Position numbers and translations under genes: made by a program. Under the pieces are notes generated by a model. The model saw only the letters and a list, made by a program, of their open reading frames with translations, was not told the DNA's origin and did no database searches. Source: an uncultured Bacilli bacterium (GTDB lineage: Bacteria; Bacillota_I; Bacilli_A; RFN20; CAG-826). Taken from it: a stretch of 64,000 nt of DNA. Where the stretch lies: the NCBI GenBank assembly GCA_934699525.1, contig CAKUWP010000008.1, forward strand, positions 5,603-69,602, written 5' to 3'. Numbering within the stretch: the first letter of the stretch is position 1; each line of letters opens with the position of its first letter. This document shows, one piece after another, positions 9,718-20,020 of this stretch.

Positions 9718-10029
9718 TTATAACTTGATGTCGATATCGACGCCAGAGGGAAGATCCAACTTCCTCAACGCATCGACCGTGTCTTTTTGCGGATTGGTGA
9801 TGTAAACCAATCTCTTGTGGGTGCGGATCTCGAATTGCTCACGGCTATCCTTGTATTTGAAGGTAGCGCGGAGAATCGTGTAGACCTGCTTTTCCGTCGG
9901 TAGAGGGATGGGTCCCTTCACACCGGCATTTGTCTTTTTGGCAACGGCCAGAATCTTCTCAACCGATTGATCAAGAATTTCGTGGTCATAAGCCGTTAAG
10001 CGAACGCGAATCGCTTTTTCTTTTGCCAT
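9718..10029 (-). CDS. rpsJ: 30S ribosomal protein S10
   Basis: 103 aa, [16 protein letters not shown]...THKRLVYI... First gene of the operon. Confidence 0.96.
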   Translation of the reverse strand: MAKEKAIRVRLTAYDHEILDQSVEKILAVAKKTNAGVKGPIPLPTEKQVYTILRATFKYKDSREQFEIRTHKRLVYITNPQKDTVDALRKLDLPSGVDIDIKL

Positions 10030-10159
10030 GAATGTTCCTCCTTAGTTTTTTCAGGCTTCTTGGCGAATGTTCCCTGCGAATTCCCCGACCACCCTTTCAT
10101 GACAACGCCTGTGGGTGTGTCGGCAACCTCGCAGTTCAACGCAAGCGCCAGCGTTAGAA

Positions 10160-10188
10160 AATATACGCGCACGCCTAGGTGTAGTCAA
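10160..10188 (-). promoter_or_regulatory. candidate sigma-A promoter of the S10 operon
   Basis: The minus strand reads TTGACT (10183-10188), a 17-nt spacer, then TATATT (10160-10165). An A/T-rich UP-like tract lies upstream (10189-10215). This gives an approximately 120-nt leader. Confidence 0.55.
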
Positions 10189-10280
10189 CTCTTTTTTTCT
10201 CAAAAAATGTAGCAATTAACGAATGTTTTGAAAAACGGGGAATCCACGCATAAAAAAGGTTCGACGGCATCGAAGAAACT

Positions 10281-10316
10281 TAGAAAAAAAGAAATTTTTT
10301 GTGCACCATGCACAAA
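10281..10316 (-). terminator. rho-independent terminator after queH
   Basis: Perfect 8-bp inverted repeat TTTGTGCA-cca-TGCACAAA (10298-10316), 22 nt after the queH stop. It is followed on the minus strand by ...TTTCTTTTTTTC. Confidence 0.5.
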
Positions 10317-10338
10317 GTTTTAAATATTTAATGGCGAC

Positions 10339-10986
10339 TTATTTGGAATTATTGGAACGGTTTTTCATGGCTTGAAACGAATATTCGCATCCACAATAAA
10401 GCTGGTTATAAAGCCCGTACTTCAACCGAATTTGACGCCCTTTTTCAATTCCCCCATTCTTTTTGAAATCGGAAATGAAATAACGGCAATTCTTATGTTG
10501 CTTTTCTAATCCAAGGCCAATGGCATTTAAAACGGGGCTGCTTTTTTGGCGGGAAATGGTCATCACCGTCGTGAAATAATCAAACCCATGGCTTTCCGCG
10601 TAATCATAGGCTTCTTCCATTCGCTTGCGATAGCATAGGAAGCAACGAGTCCGCCCTTCCTTTTGTAAGGCAAAGGGACGAAGATCCTTCATGTATTCCT
10701 CGTGATCGTAAGGCGGCATAACAAGACCAACCTCCAAGCCCTCGTCCTTTTTGAGATCCTGAAGCAAAACTTCTAGTTCTTTTTTTCTGCGACCATACTC
10801 TTCAAACGGATAAATGTTGCTGTTCCCGTAGTAAATCGTCACATCGAAATGTTGGCAAAGGAAAGTCAAAGGAAAGCAACTACAAGGCCCGCAACAAGCG
10901 TGCAGCAGGAGCTTTGGTTTCGTTTCTTCTGGGATTTTTGAAATCGTTTCAAGAGAAATTTCGTAATCTTCGTTACGCGCACGCAT
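10339..10986 (-). CDS. queH: epoxyqueuosine reductase QueH (DUF208 family)
   Basis: LLLHACCGPCS near the N-terminus and ...YCGCEYS near the C-terminus. Adjacent to queA/tgt. Confidence 0.8.
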   Translation of the reverse strand: MRARNEDYEISLETISKIPEETKPKLLLHACCGPCSCFPLTFLCQHFDVTIYYGNSNIYPFEEYGRRKKELEVLLQDLKKDEGLEVGLVMPPYDHEEYMKDLRPFALQKEGRTRCFLCYRKRMEEAYDYAESHGFDYFTTVMTISRQKSSPVLNAIGLGLEKQHKNCRYFISDFKKNGGIEKGRQIRLKYGLYNQLYCGCEYSFQAMKNRSNNSK

Positions 10987-11020
10987 AAAATAAATAAGGC
11001 AACGCGCCTATACGCGTAAG

Positions 11021-12085
11021 CTATTCCTCCTGATGGTCATAATCGTAATGACCATAAATAAACATTGCGTCTCCAAAACTGAAGAAACGATATCCGTCTT
11101 GAACGGCTTTTTCATAGCATTTCAAAGTCCATTTTCTGCCCATAAAAGCCGAAACAAGCATGACCAAGGTGCTTTTTGGCAAATGGAAATTGGTAACAAG
11201 CGCATCCACGGCTTGATAATGATAACCGGGGGAGATGAAAATCGAGGTGGCTTCATGGCAGGCGCGGAATTCACCATATTTTTGATAAACCGATTCCAGA
11301 GTACGAACGGAAGTCGTGCCAATAGCAATGATCCGTCGCCCTTCTTTTTTCGCCAAATTTAGGCGTTCGGCAGTATGGGCATCCATTTCATAAGTCTCCG
11401 AATGCATGTGATGTTCTTTGGTGTCCTGCACTTTAACGGGGCGGAAAGTGCCCAAACCAATGTTGAGGGTGATATCCAAGACCTCTACGCCTTTTTCCTG
11501 GATTTTTTGAAAAAGTTCATCCGTAAAATGGAATCCCGCGGTGGGCGCGGCGGCCGAACCGGGAACTTTCGCGTAAACCGTTTGATAATCGGAATTATCA
11601 TCGCATTGCTTTTTGATATAAGGCGGAAGGGGCATTAAGCCTAATTGGTCTAAGACCTCAAGGAAGATTCCCGAATAGGAAAAGCGCATATGACGGATGC
11701 CCTCTGGCAAGACCTTGGTGCATTCGCAGGTTAATTTTCCATCACCAAAATCGCAATGGCTGCCAACGTGCACGGAATGGGCGTTGCCAACAAGGCATTC
11801 CCAAACGTCCTCCCCTTCTTCCGGGACTTCATGCAAAAGCAAAACTTCTACCTTTCCCTGCGTTTCGGACTTCACGCCAATCAATCGAGCAGGAATGACT
11901 TTGGTGTTGTTACGCACCATAACGTCTCCCGGCTGAAGGTAATCCAAAATATCGTGGAAAACTTTGTTTTCAACCGTTTGGTGTTCTCGGTCAACGACCA
12001 TTAAGCGAGCCTCGTCTCTCTTTTTCAAAGGAGTTTGGGCAATCTGGGATTCAGGTAAATAAAAATCAAACAAACGGATATCCAT
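11021..12085 (-). CDS. queA: S-adenosylmethionine:tRNA ribosyltransferase-isomerase
   Basis: MDIRLFDFYLPESQIAQTPLKKRDEARLMVV...FHLPKSTL...RFFSFGDAM, typical QueA. Confidence 0.92.
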   Translation of the reverse strand: MDIRLFDFYLPESQIAQTPLKKRDEARLMVVDREHQTVENKVFHDILDYLQPGDVMVRNNTKVIPARLIGVKSETQGKVEVLLLHEVPEEGEDVWECLVGNAHSVHVGSHCDFGDGKLTCECTKVLPEGIRHMRFSYSGIFLEVLDQLGLMPLPPYIKKQCDDNSDYQTVYAKVPGSAAAPTAGFHFTDELFQKIQEKGVEVLDITLNIGLGTFRPVKVQDTKEHHMHSETYEMDAHTAERLNLAKKEGRRIIAIGTTSVRTLESVYQKYGEFRACHEATSIFISPGYHYQAVDALVTNFHLPKSTLVMLVSAFMGRKWTLKCYEKAVQDGYRFFSFGDAMFIYGHYDYDHQEE

Positions 12086-13847
<1,762 letters not shown>

Positions 13848-13861
13848 ATGGTCTATTGTAA

Positions 13862-13891
13862 CAAAAAAGGCCGTTCTTAGAAAGAAGGCCT
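13862..13891 (-). terminator. rho-independent terminator after the 1026-aa gene
   Basis: The minus strand reads AGGCC-N14-GGCCT followed by TTTTTTG. It starts 20 nt after the stop at 13911. Confidence 0.5.
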
Positions 13892-13910
13892 AACGTCGTG
13901 AAGAAAGTGA

Positions 13911-16900
13911 TTATTCGCCATTCGCGTCTTTTTTCTTTGCTTGTTTTTTATGGATGACGAAGCGGACAAGCAAAATCACCGAGAAAACGAAAGCAGCGAG
14001 TAAAATCGTAGCCATGTATCCCGCGGAATCGATTCCCACATCTTTCCAAGCACAGGCTCTTCCCGGGGTATAAAGCTGAATCAATTCGCTAAAGCCCGCC
14101 AAAGAGAATCCCAAAACGCCGGATACTCCAAGCGCTGCATATCGTACCCACGCCCTTCGGAAAGCAAGGAAGATAAAGATGACGCTGAAGATGGCGGTGA
14201 AAACAAACAAACCAAAATGCCCCAAAGATTTGCGGACAAGGATTGATAATTGTTGATACGTGAAACGAGAATTTCTCGCTACATGGAAACGGATGACTTG
14301 CTTATAGGTTTGAAGGCTATCCTCTCCTCCGTAAATAATTTCATAGGCGTCTTCGCCAATTCCCGTGGAGGAGACATGTCCCGCCTTGTCGATCCGAATG
14401 CAGTTTGTTTGACCTTCCTTAGAGGCAAGGCGACGGAACGTCCAAGTTCCTGAAGTCGAGGAGGCTAACGTCTTAATATAGATTTGATAGGGGCGCGCAT
14501 ATTCTAAATCCACGCGATAATAACCAACGCTGCCGTCTTCTTTCTTCACCACGTCATATTTCGACGGGGCCATCTTTTCCATGTCGAGTTCAAAAGGACT
14601 CACGGTATTCGTGACGCGAATCTTCTTGGAATAGGCGATGGCATTATTATCCTCGGAAATGACGTTAATAACGGCTTTCCCGGCTTTTAAGGCTTTGGCC
14701 AATCCGGTTTTTGGATTGATGGCAATGACATCCGGCTCGGAGGAGGAGAAAGATACCCGCTTATTCGTGGCGTCTTCATTCATTCTTGCATTCGCTTGAA
14801 AGACGGTGCCTACGGGAACGGAAGAGCAATCGTTTTGCGCTTGATTGTATTCATTGGCTTCCATCGTCGTTTCAAAAGCCACGTCAAAGGAAGAACGATC
14901 CACGGCGATATAGGTGACGCGGACCCCGCACAGTAAGGTTTTAACAACGATGTCGTCCCGATGAATCAACAATTTCAAGGGGATGGGCGAAGCGCCGCTA
15001 TTTTGGCGAATGCCCTGCAACGTGCAGGAATTCTCCACCAAAGCAAGGTGGTCTTCTTGCCCTTCTTCTATTTCCAAAGACAGCGTGGTTTCCATGGGGG
15101 TCGTCACCGTGGTGCCATCGGCAAATGTAGTTTGATAGGAGCAAACAAGATCGATGGTTTTTCGTTCATCCTTCCCAATTTCAACAATGGGGTCTGTGGA
15201 ATAATCTAATTCCACTGGTTTGGTATTAATGAGGGTTTTAAAGCGGTTTGGCGCATCCACGCCGCGGATTTTGTATTCCTTTTCCAGCCCCGTAACCGCG
15301 GATTTGGCGCGGAGAATGGTGACTCCGGCTTTTTTAAACTGGATACCGGCTTTTTTGCTCGACGTAAATTCGGCGATACTTTCGTCGTCGATGCTTAATT
15401 CAATTGCACTAGATTCCAGCGACTTTTTCACCGCGGCGTTGCTGCTATCCACCGTGATTTTGGCGTTCATCATGTTTTTTTCGTATTTGGTGTTCGTCAA
15501 AAACTCGGTTTCTTGGTCTTCATAAAATTTGGTAAGGTGGAAATCCAAACCACCCGTTGTCGCATCTTCTACTTTTTCGTAACGGAAAACTTCGGTTTTG
15601 AAAGAAACGGAACGGTCATTTTGATTGGGGTAATAATACAATTGGCCTTCTTCGGGTGCCATCGAATCCATGCGAGGGGTGAGATCATAAGATTTGTAGT
15701 TTTGGCTTTTCGATGAGAAATACGTATCCACAGGATAGGATTCACCAGAAGGCTTTTTGAGTTCGAAGAGGAAATTGCTCTTCTTGTAATCGTTCTCATT
15801 TAGTCCGGTGCGGAAATTCACCGTGGCTTTCACGTGATCGGCGTAAATGTAATCACTGGAAGAACGAACTTTTTTCAAAGTGATGTGGTTGAGTAATGTG
15901 CTGGATAAAACAACCGACTTAATATCTTCTTTTTGAAAAATTAAGGCTTTTTTAACGGAGAAAGAGGAGGAAACAGGGGATACGCCTGCAAGATCATACG
16001 AGACTTCAAACGGAATCGATTCGTTTTCCCAGTTCTTCTTATCCGCGAGCAGCTTATCCTTCATTTTAATCCCGAAGGAAAATTGACCTGCGCCCGTCTT
16101 CTTTTTGGAAACAACGTCGAAATAGGAGGCGTAGGAATTCTGGATTTTCACGTTCAACAAATTGGGATTAAACGAAGCTGCTATATCATTAAATGTGCCC
16201 TTTACCGTTAGAGTTAGTTGGTTTTCATTGATCGTTCCCGAAGACGGCAAAACCATGATAGCGGACACGGGGATCACAATTTCCGACTTTTTGCCCACGG
16301 TGACCTTCAAGGTTTCTTCCACCTCAGAATTATCGTTGCTTTGAATATGAATCGTCGTGGTTCCGCTATCGACGGGATGAATAAATCCGTCTTCGTTGAC
16401 CGTTGCCACTGCTTCGTCTTCCGAAAAATAGGAAAGGGACTTATCCGTCGCATTTTCAGGTAAAACACTGCATTCGATTTTTAGGCCATCATCCCCATAA
16501 TTGAAATTCACTTCTTTGGTTGGCAGTACCAAGTTCGTGACAGGAACGTTTTGACAATGAAAACGATAGGTGTGAGCAAGGTCCTTGTTTTGTTCGCTGC
16601 GAACACTGAAAGCGATTTCCCCCGCCCTTTTGAAGCAAATCGAGGAATCGGCCTCCGAAAAATCCACATCTTCCGTATCGTAATCCCAAATTAGATTTCT
16701 ATAAGACGTGTCTTCGGGGCTATAAACGACGGAAAACGATACTCTGTCCCCCACGAAAACCGAAAAATCCGAAGCGCAAGTGAAGGATACGGCAAAATCT
16801 TTTAATTCCTTGATGGCGGTTTTGTCGTAGTTCTTATCGATGGCATCCTGAATTCCGCCCGCAACTTGGTTGGATTGATTCGAGCTGCTGTCGGCGTCCA

Positions 16901-16991
16901 TGGCGCTTTCCGCCAAAATAACCGCTGCGCAGGCGCAATACGCCCCTAAAGCCACCCATTGTGAAACAATGCGACCCCACTTCTTGCTCAT
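13911..16991 (-). CDS. large membrane protein: N-terminal TM, about 880-aa extracytoplasmic Ig-like (Big_2-like) repeat region, C-terminal VanZ-like membrane domain
   Basis: TM segment WVALGAYCACAAVILA. Big_2-like segments ATVNEDGFIHPVDSGTTTIHIQS and VIAINPKTGLAKALKAGKAVINVIS. VanZ-like GHFGLFVF...FSELIQLYTPGRACAWKDVGIDSAGY. Confidence 0.75.
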   Translation of the reverse strand: MSKKWGRIVSQWVALGAYCACAAVILAESAMDADSSSNQSNQVAGGIQDAIDKNYDKTAIKELKDFAVSFTCASDFSVFVGDRVSFSVVYSPEDTSYRNLIWDYDTEDVDFSEADSSICFKRAGEIAFSVRSEQNKDLAHTYRFHCQNVPVTNLVLPTKEVNFNYGDDGLKIECSVLPENATDKSLSYFSEDEAVATVNEDGFIHPVDSGTTTIHIQSNDNSEVEETLKVTVGKKSEIVIPVSAIMVLPSSGTINENQLTLTVKGTFNDIAASFNPNLLNVKIQNSYASYFDVVSKKKTGAGQFSFGIKMKDKLLADKKNWENESIPFEVSYDLAGVSPVSSSFSVKKALIFQKEDIKSVVLSSTLLNHITLKKVRSSSDYIYADHVKATVNFRTGLNENDYKKSNFLFELKKPSGESYPVDTYFSSKSQNYKSYDLTPRMDSMAPEEGQLYYYPNQNDRSVSFKTEVFRYEKVEDATTGGLDFHLTKFYEDQETEFLTNTKYEKNMMNAKITVDSSNAAVKKSLESSAIELSIDDESIAEFTSSKKAGIQFKKAGVTILRAKSAVTGLEKEYKIRGVDAPNRFKTLINTKPVELDYSTDPIVEIGKDERKTIDLVCSYQTTFADGTTVTTPMETTLSLEIEEGQEDHLALVENSCTLQGIRQNSGASPIPLKLLIHRDDIVVKTLLCGVRVTYIAVDRSSFDVAFETTMEANEYNQAQNDCSSVPVGTVFQANARMNEDATNKRVSFSSSEPDVIAINPKTGLAKALKAGKAVINVISEDNNAIAYSKKIRVTNTVSPFELDMEKMAPSKYDVVKKEDGSVGYYRVDLEYARPYQIYIKTLASSTSGTWTFRRLASKEGQTNCIRIDKAGHVSSTGIGEDAYEIIYGGEDSLQTYKQVIRFHVARNSRFTYQQLSILVRKSLGHFGLFVFTAIFSVIFIFLAFRRAWVRYAALGVSGVLGFSLAGFSELIQLYTPGRACAWKDVGIDSAGYMATILLAAFVFSVILLVRFVIHKKQAKKKDANGE

Positions 16992-17060
16992 TGATCCTAT
17001 TATAGGACTCGAAAATGAAATTTGAATTAAAATATTAGCGGTTTTTTAGCGGATTACTCT

Positions 17061-18287
17061 TTATTTACTCTTTAGGATATGAGCCAGGCCTCCCAAGGAC
17101 GTTTCTTTGTATTCGTCCGACAAACTATCGCCCGTCATTTTCATTGCTTTAACAACGTTATCAAAGCTCACCTGGTTTTGGCGAACCGGGGAAATGAATT
17201 TCGCGTATAAGAAACTATCATAGGCCCGCAAGGCCCCCACGCCATTCCGTTCAATACAGGGAATGATGACATACCCGTCCACCGGATCACAAGAAAGGCC
17301 AAGGAAATGCTCCATTGCGCACTCGGCAGCGTATTCAATTTGATAAAGCGAGAGACCCATGCAATCGCAAACTGCGGCGGCAGCCATGGAAGAAGCTGTG
17401 CCAATTTCCGCCTGGCATCCGCCAATCGATCCGGCAATAGAGGCGTTTTGCTTCACTAAATCACCAAATATTCCAGCTGCGTACAAAGCATCGCGGAGAC
17501 GATATAACGGAACGCGCTTCTCTTTATGAAGATAATAAAGACAAGCGGGGAGAACACCACTAGAACCGCAAGTGGGAGCCGTAACGATTTCTTCCCCGCA
17601 CGCGCTTCCTTCTGCTACGGCGTAAGCATAAGAAGAAAGCAGAACTTCTTTTCTCCCATCGCCCTTAGCCATGGCTAAAGCGCGTTCATGGATGGCACCC
17701 GCGCAACGTTCCCACCGTAAGCGAGGATTTTGATTTGCAGGAATCAGCCCTTTGGCGGCTAGACCCCTATCCACCGACGCGATCATTTGTTTCAAAACAT
17801 TCATGAGATACCCGTCGATGTCTTCCTTTTCGAATCGAAGACAAAATTCCCTCAAAGATGAAAGATGGTGCTTCGTCATATATTCTCGGATTTCCTGAAA
17901 GTTGGAGAAGGGATAAATATCTTCGTTTCTAGTATTGAGGTCGTCTTCGCTATAGATAGCCCCTCCTCCTAGAGATAGGTACCGCGCCTTTTTGATGATT
18001 CCTCCCTTTTTCAATGCATAAAAATCCATCGTCAAAGGGTGAGGAAGATGCGTATTTACATCAAACACCACCTCTACTGGCAACGGGTTCAAAGCCTTTT
18101 TAACGGCTTTTTCACTCCCGTGCCCCGTCCCCGTTAACGCCAGGGATCCATAGAAAGCTACACGCACCGCATCGGCATTGGGAGGGCATAAATGCTCGTG
18201 AAAGCTTTTCGCGGCCAAATAAGGCCCAATGGTATGGCTGGAACTAGGTCCAGGTCCGAAACGAAACAAGCATGCAAGACTTTTCAT
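17061..18287 (-). CDS. sdaA: L-serine ammonia-lyase (iron-sulfur dependent, single-chain)
   Basis: Start reset to MKSLACLFRFGPGPSSSHTIGP (ATG 18285-18287). GGCQAEIGTASSMAAAA motif is present. The tracked N-terminal 47 aa are an upstream artefact. Confidence 0.88.
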   Translation of the reverse strand: MKSLACLFRFGPGPSSSHTIGPYLAAKSFHEHLCPPNADAVRVAFYGSLALTGTGHGSEKAVKKALNPLPVEVVFDVNTHLPHPLTMDFYALKKGGIIKKARYLSLGGGAIYSEDDLNTRNEDIYPFSNFQEIREYMTKHHLSSLREFCLRFEKEDIDGYLMNVLKQMIASVDRGLAAKGLIPANQNPRLRWERCAGAIHERALAMAKGDGRKEVLLSSYAYAVAEGSACGEEIVTAPTCGSSGVLPACLYYLHKEKRVPLYRLRDALYAAGIFGDLVKQNASIAGSIGGCQAEIGTASSMAAAAVCDCMGLSLYQIEYAAECAMEHFLGLSCDPVDGYVIIPCIERNGVGALRAYDSFLYAKFISPVRQNQVSFDNVVKAMKMTGDSLSDEYKETSLGGLAHILKSK

Positions 18288-18346
18288 TTGGTAACATTCT
18301 ATCAAAAGTGGAAAAGGAGGAGAAAACGGATTAGGATATTTCCCGC

Positions 18347-18841
18347 ATGTCCACGTTGATTCTTCTTTCAGCCATACCCGGAAGTGGAAAATCCACTTGG
18401 GCCAAACAATACGCTTCCACGCACCCACGCACCTATATTGTTTCCAGCGATCAAATTCGGTTGCGTCTTTTTGGTGCCGTTAACGATTTTCGCGATGAAG
18501 CATTGGTATGGAAAACCTTTTTAGAAGATTTGCATCGCTTCGGCGCGGAGGAAGGAAGCACGGTCATCGCGGATTCCACGAATTTAACCAACGAATACCG
18601 CCAATATTACGTGGAGCAAACCCCGGAATTTGACACCCATGTCCTCGTTCTTTTTCATATTCCCTTCGATATTTGTAAAAAGCAAAACCTGCTACGTACC
18701 GGGGCAAGCGTAGTTCCTAACGCCATCATGAATCAACTGCGCGCGCAATTCGAAAAGCCAACTCAAAGCGTGATGGACCTTTATGACGAATGCATTATCG
18801 TCGAAAAGAACTTTGTTGCCGATTCTATCAAAGCTAAATAA
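18347..18841 (+). CDS. P-loop kinase, polynucleotide-kinase-like (AAA_33-type)
   Basis: Walker A PGSGKSTWAK, then SSDQIR and ADSTNL, as in Pnkp-type kinase domains. Paralog of 40864-41352. Confidence 0.7.
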   Translation: MSTLILLSAIPGSGKSTWAKQYASTHPRTYIVSSDQIRLRLFGAVNDFRDEALVWKTFLEDLHRFGAEEGSTVIADSTNLTNEYRQYYVEQTPEFDTHVLVLFHIPFDICKKQNLLRTGASVVPNAIMNQLRAQFEKPTQSVMDLYDECIIVEKNFVADSIKAK

Positions 18842-18867
18842 GTTTTAACGTCCACATACACGAAAAA

Positions 18868-18894
18868 ACGCCCCGATTTACGAGGCGTCATTTT
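18868..18894 (+). terminator. hairpin terminator between convergent genes
   Basis: ACGCCCCG-attta-CGAGGCGT (one mismatch) followed by cATTTTA. Confidence 0.45.
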
Positions 18895-18909
18895 AATGCG
18901 TGTTAGGGA

Positions 18910-19893
18910 TTAGGCCTTCATGCCGTCCGCTTCTTTTAGCTTGGGTGGGAAAACAGTGTAATAAACAAGGATTAAGGCAATCAAGCAAAGGAGACCGCCA
19001 GTGATGTAGGACATTGTCGCAAATTCGAGCATGCTGCCGAATTTCGCGCCGTAGGTTTTGCCCATGAAGGAGACGTGATCGCTGACGTTATCAAATTGCC
19101 ATTGTCCAAAGACGCCGGCACCAATGATGGATCCGCCATTCACAAAGAGCGCGGTTTCGAAAAGATAACCGTTGCGCTTCTTGATGGTGTTGTGCTTCTC
19201 GGAATTGCGGTATCCCAAATAGGCAATGCCACTAAAAAGAGCGCCAACGAGCGGCATCAAAGCCAAGACGCCGGTCTTAAGCAAAACAGCGCTGGAATAA
19301 GCGAAGATTTGCTTGGAGAAATGGTTAACAAGGAACATGACGCCGAAGATCGCGCCAGTAGCTAAATCTGCCACGAAGAGAGAAGAGGTGAGGATACGCA
19401 TGATTTTATTCGTGTTTTCCCCTTCTCCAAAAAGATGCATCAAAGGGACGTTGCTTCCAATAAGAGCAATAATGAGCAAAATCACATAAACAACGATAAC
19501 AAAGGCAATATCATCATCGCCGATGTTGCTGCTGGTCAAGCGATAGAGCCACATGGCGTTGAGGAAGAGGAAAGCAGCCACGATGTAGCCGATTCCAATG
19601 TAGCAGGTAAAGGAACGAACCACTAAATCCGAATTGCTTTGGCGAACGAAAGAAGCAACCGAATAAACGAACCCAGCCAAAGCCATCAAAGCTGCGGCAA
19701 GTCCAAAAGCACCGAGCATGACGGATAATCCAACGCTGATTTCCGGAAGATCAATCGAAGCAGAGGGAGACGTTCCCAAAATCAAATTCGGGCTGATCAC
19801 GAAGCCGAACCAGACTCCTAGAAAGCCAAAACCCGCAAGGAGCAAGGCAAAAATAATGATGTTAATTAATCGGACGGATGGCGAATATTTCAT
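18910..19893 (-). CDS. polytopic integral membrane protein, unknown function
   Basis: Roughly 9-10 hydrophobic segments. Start set at ATG 19891-19893 (MKYSPSVRL...), with GAGAGGAA 6 nt upstream. The tracked start at 19935 is a TTG. Confidence 0.7.
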   Translation of the reverse strand: MKYSPSVRLINIIIFALLLAGFGFLGVWFGFVISPNLILGTSPSASIDLPEISVGLSVMLGAFGLAAALMALAGFVYSVASFVRQSNSDLVVRSFTCYIGIGYIVAAFLFLNAMWLYRLTSSNIGDDDIAFVIVVYVILLIIALIGSNVPLMHLFGEGENTNKIMRILTSSLFVADLATGAIFGVMFLVNHFSKQIFAYSSAVLLKTGVLALMPLVGALFSGIAYLGYRNSEKHNTIKKRNGYLFETALFVNGGSIIGAGVFGQWQFDNVSDHVSFMGKTYGAKFGSMLEFATMSYITGGLLCLIALILVYYTVFPPKLKEADGMKA

Positions 19894-20020
19894 AGGGTTC
19901 CTCTCAAATGCCTTTTCTATAAGAAAACGATACAAAAAAGGCGACGTTGAATATTTAAATCTATCTTTAAGAGATAGTCAACGCGTTTATCGAGGCAAAG
20001 GCAAAATAGTTGAGCCTCTT

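Noticed and set aside
1-10200. Higher GC of the ribosomal operon versus the rest of the window (roughly low 50s % versus low/mid 40s % by spot counts) as a sign of horizontal transfer.
   Set aside because: The operon is core and syntenic. The GC elevation is concentrated in codon third positions of highly expressed genes and in Ala/Gly/Arg-rich proteins. That fits expression-linked codon bias rather than foreign origin.
18288-18428. N-terminal extensions in the ORF track for sdaA (to 18428), nrdG (to 53563), the trxR-like gene (from 51635), addA (to 46582), rplP (to 5509) and the DUF2188-like gene (to 42423).
   Set aside because: The extensions overlap neighbouring genes or intergenic promoters and are Arg/Cys/Trp-rich. 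Conserved family N-termini begin at internal ATGs that have proper SD spacing.
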